A program made the position numbers and the translations under genes. Below the pieces are notes generated by a model that ran no database searches, was not told the DNA's origin, and saw only the letters and a list, made by a program, of their open reading frames with translations. Shown one piece after another: positions 54,001 to 63,000 of a DNA stretch of 64,000 nucleotides; position 1 is the stretch's first letter; each line of letters begins with the position of its first letter. The DNA is from Candidatus Omnitrophota bacterium (lineage in GTDB: Bacteria; Omnitrophota; Gorgyraeia; Zapsychrales; JAHFFX01), in assembly GCA_023247725.1 (NCBI GenBank), contig JAHFFW010000002.1, positions 64,160 through 128,159 on the forward strand. The letters are read 5' to 3'.

Positions 54001-57000
54001 TCCTGGAGGACCCCTCTGAATATTATTATTTTCATTTGGAGCCGGTCGTGTTGGCCGCTGCGGCAGGTTCGCAGCCGGCGATTGATTTGTTGGGGAAGGA
54101 ATTGGCGCGGCAGGGCGCGAGATTAGAACAGGATTACTACCGGAGTAGAGAAAATGATTTCCGTTTGAACAAACAATACGATCGACAGAATTGGGAAAAC
54201 ATTCTGGATTTATTTGCCGTGGGGATGCGATATCCGCAATTGCGGGGACAGGTCTTGCCAATTCTGGAGAGGGCGATTGCACGCGGCGATGAGAAGGCCT
54301 TTGCCCTGGTTCGTGACAGCATCCGGGCGTTATTGTCTGACTCCGCGAGTGTCGACCGGCAAAAGAATCTGCCCATTCCGCTGGCGGATGACCTAAGCAC
54401 GATATCCGGCAACCCGACGGAAGCGGTCGCCTGGGTGAAGGCAAATGAAGCAACCCTCAAATCCGACCGTGAGATTCCACCGGGCGCCATCCGGTCTCCT
54501 CCGACGGAACGACGCGAAGCCTACGCCATTGATAACACGATTCCCCAAGAATATATGGACTTACGCGATCGTGATGACGTTCTTCAAGCAATTCGTAACG
54601 CGGCCGATGTCGTACCCCAGCCCCAGCCTGCTGAAACCATTGCCCAATCAAGAAGTGTTCCGCGGATTGAGCTGCCACCATTTCGAGAAAATCCTCAACG
54701 GATAGAACTTCCGCCCTTCCGCGAAGACTATCAACCGCAAAGACCACCCACATTCCGTTCTGAAGAACCGAAATTTTCTCAATGGACCAAGTGGTTGGTC
54801 AGGGTTGCGGGCGTTGCTACGGCTCTTCTCGCGTTTCAATTGAATCAGGAAATACAACCGCCTCCGCAGTCCCCGCAGGGACAAGTTGTTCCGCCAACAC
54901 CAGCAGATATTGCCAAGAAACGGGAAGAACTCCGACTCTTCAGTAAAATTCCGCCAGCACCGTCGACAAAACCCGGTACGAGTACGAACGGTCCAACAAC
55001 ATCCGAAAACAAGACGAAGGAACCAGGCGCACCTTCTTCTACCCCAGCCGAACGTGGCCAGCCGTCTCCCGGGGTCATTACCCCGCGCTTACCGTTGCCG
55101 GATGGTGTCTTTCCAGAGGTCAGAAGGATGTTTCCACAAACTCCGGGACAAGAAGGGCGAGGACCAACTTCTCCTTCCCGGCCTCAAGAACCTTCTTCTC
55201 AAGAAAGGGAACAAACTTCTCCTTCCCAGCGCGGCGCGCCTTCTCAGGGAGCCGGCAATCAACAAGGGACACCGGCTACCGGTGACATCGTGATCCTGCC
55301 CGTTCGGCCTTTGACCCCACAAGAACAATTGTTCTTGAATTTATTCGGGCTTGAAAAGAAACAGCCCGAGAAACCTTCGGACAGCAGAACTCCAGGCGTT
55401 GGGGAGGGGCGGATCGTCATTGGATCGATGGAATTCAAGTTTCGCCTGCCCACGATCAGCCGCGGTGACCGCGGTCCGGCGGTGCGGACGCTTATGCGAA
55501 TTCTGAGAGTGGTGTTTGACGGCGAGGATGGCATTCGGTCTCTTGCGGGCAAGACGAATCCGCTCACTGGCCGACCTTATGATGAGGAGTTTGCCCGTCA
55601 AGCCTTACAGCTATGGCAAACAGCCCGTCGAGACAGCGAATCTATTGAGGAATATACCGCCAATGTGGAACGAGCGATTGTCGCCCTCCAAAACGCATTC
55701 GATATTAGAGAAGACGGTGATGTAGGGCCCGAAACCTGGAGTTTACTCGGTGAATTGCTGGAAGCATACCAGCGCCTCATAGAAGAGCGCCAGAAACCGC
55801 GGCAAGTCGCTTCTCTGGAAGGTTCGATCAATACGTTGTTGGAGTCCATGGGAAGTCCGTTTCGAGTGCCGTCCAATACGGATCAATCCACCGATGCTGC
55901 AAAGCTGGAGACCCGACAGGAACAAGATTCCACAGTTGCAAGACCCACGGAGCAATCCAAAGCCCAAATGATTCCGTCCTCTGATGCCGCGAGTGTTACT
56001 TCGAATGAAGCGGATCGCCAAGAGGATCGAATGGGTAAACCTGATCAGTTGAAACAGGGTATTTCTACACCCAAAGATGAAATAATTGAGCCAGAGTATA
56101 AAAAGTCGCCTTTAAGAGGGTTTGCCAAGATGTGGAATCAGTTCCGAAATAGAAGGCTGGTGCCTTCCAAATCTTCTACAATTGGACCTCATTTTCCGAC
56201 GATCTCCCCCACACTATTGCAAATATTCCATCTTAGTGCCTTACCTTCCTCTAATAATACGCCGGTTGGAACTGATGAACGCGATCGTGGTTCAAAGAAC
56301 GGCGCGTTGCCAGCACCCCCAACCCTTCCTGCCCCATCGGAAAGCACCTTGCCTGAGCCGCCAGGCAATAGTGGATCAAGTGGTGGTTTTGCGAAGGCAA
56401 CCAGCGCTATTGTTCAGTACGTAAAAAGCCTAGCCTCTAAGGATGAACATCTAAATTCTGAAATTATCAATAAAGAACAGGAAAAAGGTAGCCAATGGGA
56501 GCGTCTTGCCTCCCGTAAGGACCCAACGAGCAAATCAGGCGTTGGACCTTGGAACATTAGAATGCTGTCCGCCATTTCCGCAATGGCGCAGACAGCAGTT
56601 AGGAATGTAGGAGCGCGGATAACAAAAATTGGAAGCAGTGTTGTCAATGCAGTTAGCAGTTTCTTTGTAGCAGAAGCATACGCAGCAGAAGTAGCAGGTA
56701 GTGAAGTAACACGTAGCACTGTTCTGAATGCAGCAAAGCAAGTAGGTAATGGACTCAATTTGGCTGAAAATAGTTCCGGCAACGGGGCTGCTAAAGCTGA
56801 AGAGAGATCCTTATCGGTGGTTCCCGGAGTGCGGCGAACGACAGTTCGTGCAACCGGTAGTAGGGTAGTGAATGTAGAACCCTCTAATCGCAGTTTGGTT
56901 AGAGTTATCGTCAAGTTAGCACAGGCAGTAAAAGCAGTAGTCAGAAGCAGAAGTACGAATAAGCAGTATCGCTCTGTCTATGGCAATAAGGTTGCTGAAA

Positions 57001-60000
57001 CCGGATCTGCCATTGATGAAAGTGCAGTAGAAACACCGAAGTATCGTTCTCATCGCATCATCGGTAATGCGGTTAGTTTAGTTGAAGCCGGTGCCCGTTA
57101 CACGGTAGCGGCCATAGCTCAGATTATCCGCAATTCCAAGGTTCTTAGAGTGTCTGTTCGTAAGAATGGACAATTTAAGAATAAAGCCTTAGATTCCGAG
57201 ATCGATGGCAGTAGAAGTAAAGCTCAAGCCGTAACGTTAGGCTTTGAGCCGTATCGTTCTGGTAATAGAGAAGCAGGTAATAATCTCCGGTTCGCAATAG
57301 GTCTGGTCTTGGCGAAAGCCGTGACTGGAGCTAAAGCTGACTTGAGAGCGTTATTGAAGGTTCTTGGAGTTTATCTCGCCGAAAGGCTGGAAAAGGTCCG
57401 AGAAAAAATCTTTGGTTTTGCTGGTTCCCTCAAGGTCCGTATCAATCGAGTTGGGGCGAACGTCGGCCGGCAGGCCAGAGAGGGTTCTGACAAGCGTGTC
57501 AGCCATGGCACGGCTGCAGTCTTTACTGGCAAGTTCAGCAGTGTTGCAAGTAGGGTAATTGCCCTAGCAATAGCTAGGATCTTTACGTTACTTACAGTTC
57601 TTAGAGTCCGCCTGGCAGAAGTAATCAAGGTACAGGCTGAAGCTGAGAATAGCTTCTTGGAGTTTGCACTCTCTACCTTTGATAGTGGTAGAGTCGACGC
57701 ATTAGAGACTTCAAGAGACACTGTTACTAGTCGTAGAGAAGATGAACGTGGTTCTCAGCGTAATGTTCCAGTGGTGGAAGCAGTGGAAACTGCTGAAGCA
57801 CTGGCATCTGAAATTCTCGGAGTGCGTCAAGGTGCTGAAAAAGACCGAAATGCGACCGGGAATTCCGACGTTACCGGGAACGTAATTCTTGCTCAGCAGG
57901 ATCGTTCAGTTGGTGGAACTGGCAACGAAGTCAACCTTGCTGAAGCTGTTAACGTTAACGCCCTCATGGGTGATCGAACAACAGCCGCAGCAAGCAGTGC
58001 TTCCAAGCCTGAGAATTTCGGAGTGCGATTGGCCAAATGGCTCAACGTGATCCGAGAGTGGTTTTTGAAGACTGTCCCCTCGAGCCTAAACAGGATCGAG
58101 GTTAAAGCTTTAAGAACCAACCGCAAGACCACCAATAAAAATGTAGCTCCAATTGTCAACACTGAAACGAATACGTTCGTTTCAGTGGCTTTGCAAACTC
58201 TGTCTGTCAAAGTTCGCAATGCAAGAGAACTTTGGCAACGGAGAAAGTCTGTTTCTGCAGTCCAAGAGTTGATCTCTACTCAGATTTCCAACCTACGTCG
58301 TCTCATTCAAACCCTCAAAGAATTCGCTAACGTTCAATCAGTTCCTAACCAAGGAGGATTCCCATGGACAAGAATATTCGTTTTGACCATTTTGTTGAAT
58401 TCACTAAGAACGACTGCCTCTTTTGCGCAGGCCGTCAACCGGGCAGCAAACGTCGAAGTTTATACCTCATCGTTAACCACACCGGCCGGGTCTATGAACG
58501 ACATTTTAATAGCTGGCGCCTTGTCGATTCTGATGCTGAGTCTCATATTCGCCGCGAGGCCGAGAGCGCCAAGCTCGGAGGTGTCCCGTGTTACGTCACA
58601 CACAGCCACTTCAGCAATTAATCCTGCCGCAAGTATTCTTTCTGCCGCTTCATTAAGTAATCCTCATCGTGTAACGATTGATCAATCATCCATGTTTGAT
58701 TCTGCCCAAGTTGAATTGCTCCCCAACATTCAGGCCCAATTGGCCTACCTGGCCTTGAATGGTCAGAATGCAACCTCGCTGATCGATACCATCCTCACTT
58801 CAGAAACCGGAGACACCACCCAAGCCGAAAATCTCCTTCGGCAACTTCAACGTAATGCCCAAATGAGGCCTAGCGATGATGTGTTAAAGCCGTTTATTCT
58901 GTCGAGAGTCCACAGCATTAACCTAAAAAATCCGACCAGCAGCGACTTGAAATATATGATTTGGGCTTCCCGGAGAGGTTACCGTTTATCAAATGAGATG
59001 CAGAACTTAGTTGGCCGGGCCACAACCCTAATTGATGATGACGAAATGATGAAGGATTTGGCCGTGCAGATTTTGCCCTTTATGCGGGGTGCAGCGACCG
59101 AGCGCTTGGTCGATGTGCTCCGCCCCGAAGGTGTGGTTCGTTTCCTGGCTAGCGATACCATGCGTATCGTAGGCATCCAAAGGGGAGAGGTTTTGCCGGA
59201 ACGTGAAATTCTCGAAGTCATTGCGCTCAGAGTCAAGCGGGGTGTTTATGATCGAGATGCCTTAAAGGCGGAATTTGACCGGCTTTATTCCAGTGATTCT
59301 CAGCAGAATTTATTGGAAGGCATCTTTGACCGGAATATGGATCGTTTGGAAGCTCTGGCGAAGTTGCTCGAGGAAGATGAAGAAGATAAAGAACAGCAGC
59401 GCATCTTCTTCAAACCGGAAGATGACTTGGTCGGCTTGACGGTGCGTTTGCGCGAAGCGACGGTGGTGCAAGATGAGGACGCGCTTCAACCTGGTCACCA
59501 ATTCGACCAAGATTTATTGCATCGCCGCTTAAGGCGGGAAGGACAGCTGGAAATTCATGACCTGGAGCGGCAATACAGCGAATCCCTCAAAGAATTGGAC
59601 AAAAATTATGCCAATCGTCACACCAATGACAGCCAGAAGAAGGCCTACAATGACGATAAGAAAGATTTGGACAAGTGGCTGACCGAACAAAAGCGCCAGG
59701 CGAAAATCCGCCGTCAGTTGCAGGAACTGGGATTTGCCTTGCACACTCACAAGATCGTGCAAGGGGATCTGAGGCTGTTCCGCCGATCCTTGGGAACGAT
59801 GGTCTATGACGGTCTGTTTGTCGGTGAGAAGGACATCCTGGCGCTGTTGAAGAAAGACGTGGATGTTATGGACATGATGGCGCAATGGGATACCTTAGTC
59901 GATCCAGCGCAGCGGAAAGAATTTTACCGAGATTTCATGATCGCTCCGATGATGGCCAACCGCGGCCAATTTGATGTGAGCCAATTGATTCTCCGGTTGT

Positions 60001-63000
60001 CTCATCCGCAGCATATGACCTTGTATCTGGAAGATCATATCGAGCTGGTTATTCCGGCTCAGCAAGCGCAAGTTGAGAATGATGCCCAATTCATCCGCGA
60101 GCAGGCCCAAGTGGCGGTTGTGCCTGGCGAAACCAATGAAGACCTGGGGGACATTGCTTCCAGCCGGGGAGGACGAAAACTCATGCAGTCGCTGCCTCTG
60201 CCCAACGGGAATGTCTGCGTGGCCTCCATGCCCGAAGAAACCGCCCGCCGCGGGTTCAGGTCGGCCGGTGACCTCGAATGGGGCCTGAACCGATATCGCA
60301 TCATTAAAGATTGGTTGAAGCACACCTTCGGCCGGCCGCGGATCACGCAATTCATCAGCCCGCGGGGGCAGGAAGCCCTCGCGCATGCCGTGCGCTCCTC
60401 TAATCCTCAACGCACCCTGATGATGATCAGCGGCTTCGCCGGGGCAGTGACCAATGATATGCTGGACGAGTTACGATCGGTTAATTTCGCAAGTACCAAT
60501 AATGTGCGCACGATCCTGACGGTGGAGGCCATCTTCGACGCGATCCGCGCCGATCACGAAGAACCACGAGACCGGGCCAGGCTCGAAGAACTGCAAGAGC
60601 ACTATACAGAATATGTTCAATCCATTTCGGATCCGAGCTCAGATTATTTAAAGACTCAAACAGCCTTTGCCAACAGTTGCAGTGCGGCGGCAGATGCCAG
60701 CGATAAGGCTTATGTCGCTTACCGCCAACATGCGGATGGGGTGAAAACCCAGGGAAGAATCTTTCAGCTTTTGGCGATTGGGAACATGACGGTTAAGGAT
60801 GCGGTCGAACTGATGGAAGATACCGACAGCAAGGGTTATAAGGCCATCCAGGAAGAAGTTCAATACGATCTCGATAATCGCAAGACCCAACGTGGCGGCA
60901 AGCTGGTCAAATTCCGCGCCAGGGCCATGGCGGCCATCCGAGCTCAGAGAACGTTTGGATTCTATATCAAGAAATATGTCTTGGTCCCGCTGGCCGTTCA
61001 GATTGCGGCCATTGTGGTGCTTTATTTAGTGTTCCATGTCATCGCCGTCATGGCTGCAACATGGGGGGTTGTCCACCTTTCCTTACTGGGTTTTGAAATT
61101 GTCACCATCAATTTCGCTGAGGCTCTGACCTTCAGCCACGTTGTTGCATTCAATCCGATAGACAAAGCCCAAGCCATTCTACCGTTTATTCTCTCGGTCG
61201 TCTTGCTCATTGCCCGTCACGAATACGGCCATGATCTGCACGCCTTCATGGTGGGTGATCCTAATAAACAAGGAACAAATGAACCATCTCTTTGGAATTT
61301 ATTTAAGAATATTCCGCAGTATATAAAACCAATGAATCTTTTCGGGATGGTCTTCTTTGGCGGTCTGGGACAGGGCGGTTCGACGACCATTAATCCCAGA
61401 GTTATGAGGAACAAAGGATACCGGTTTGTCGCTTTAGGTGGACCGTTATTCAACATCCTGGGCGCCTTGAGCGGACTTATCCTTTGGGGAGCGATGAGTG
61501 TATTGGGTCACTTTGTGACCATCCCGGCCTTGATCATCTGGGGGACTAAGATCCTGATCCTGGTTGACCTTTACTTTGTTATCCCCAACCTCATTCTGGC
61601 CATCTCGGTCAAACTTCCGATGATGGGCGACTTGACGTCGGACGCGGCCCATATCTACTTCGGCAAAAAAGCCGTCATGAATGAAGACAAAACAAAGAAC
61701 CACATACCGTTCTGGTTTAAGATATTCAGCTGGGTTCTACTCGCCGGATTCTTCTATTTCCAATATGCTCATTTTTATCGTTGGGTTAGTGCCATTGGGG
61801 CCCGCATGGGATTGACGGCGATCAATCTGCCTGCCCTCCAAATCGCCGCAGCCGGCTTACCGTTGAAGGAAATCATGATCGTGATTGGCATTATTCTCTT
61901 GATCGCGATGGTGGTCAAGCTGAGGCACGGAGAACCCGGAAAAGCTACTGCGATATTTTCGTTGTTCGGATTGTGCGTCGGGATTTATCTCCTCATCGGT
62001 TCAAACCAGACGTTTACTGTCGGCGCGATGGTGACTGGCTTTATGAAAATTCTGGCAGCTGTTTCTACGACCTTCTTGACCATTGGAATCGTCCTCGCCT
62101 TGGCCGTCCTCATCGCTCAATGGGCCTCGAAGCACTCCTCACAAATTAAAGTGAAGGTCACCCGGGTGTTGCTGATCCTCGGGGTCGTGTCCGCGCTCTT
62201 AGGCGCTAGCGGAGTCCTCTATCGGCTTCATGCCGCCGGAGAGCCGGTACAGTCTTCACAGACAACGGTTGTTCAGCCTCGCGCCCCGCCGCCAGGGGGC
62301 ACCACCACGCCGACACCCGCGGCCGCCCAACCACCGGCTCCGGCGACGCAAACCACGCCGACCACGCCGGCGCCTGCCGCTCAATCGTCACCCGCGCCGG
62401 TCGCCGGGCAACCGGTCCAGCCGGCGGGAGCCGGGACTCAAGCTCCGCCGTCTCCGACGACACTACAAACCACCCAGCCGCCGGTTGCAAATCCGCCGCA
62501 GGCTCCGGATGCCGCGCAAGCGACTGCGAGTTCAGCTGCTGGCCAGGCCTCAGCCCCAGCTCCAGTGCCCCCGCCACCCGCATCCGGCCAGGCCTTTGCT
62601 TCTGCGGGGCCGCAAGGCTTGCCAGATCGCACTGATTTATTGATCGTTGCCGACACCGCGAAACTTTCGCAGGATCAAAAGGATGCTCAGTCTCTGCACA
62701 TTTATACATTGGATGAAATCATCTGGAAGTCAGTGGAGAATCTGAAACGCCGCGCGCAAGCCCCGGACGCCGCAACGAAGGATGCTGCCGCCGTCACCTT
62801 GGCCGGGGCTCTGGAGCCCCGCCAGCTGTTCTTTGGGAACGTGGAAAACGGCCGGGTCCTGATGCTCAAGGTTAGCGATGAGCCCAAAATGATCTTCTTC
62901 GACAATACTCTGGCGGCGGCCGGCGATAAAGCGGGGGTTGATCCTGCCAAGCGGGTCGATATCACCTATGTTAATCTAACCCGCGATAATAAGGTGTGGT

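Noticed and set aside
56400-58330. rRNA, tRNA, tmRNA, RNase P or a canonical group I/II intron as the identity of the structured segment
   Set aside because: I could not find their conserved signature sequences by eye; left as unclassified pending an Rfam search.
59550-60900. Possible degenerate SecA/helicase-like region
   Set aside because: No Walker A, DEAD or convincing motif VI could be identified by eye; needs an HMM search.
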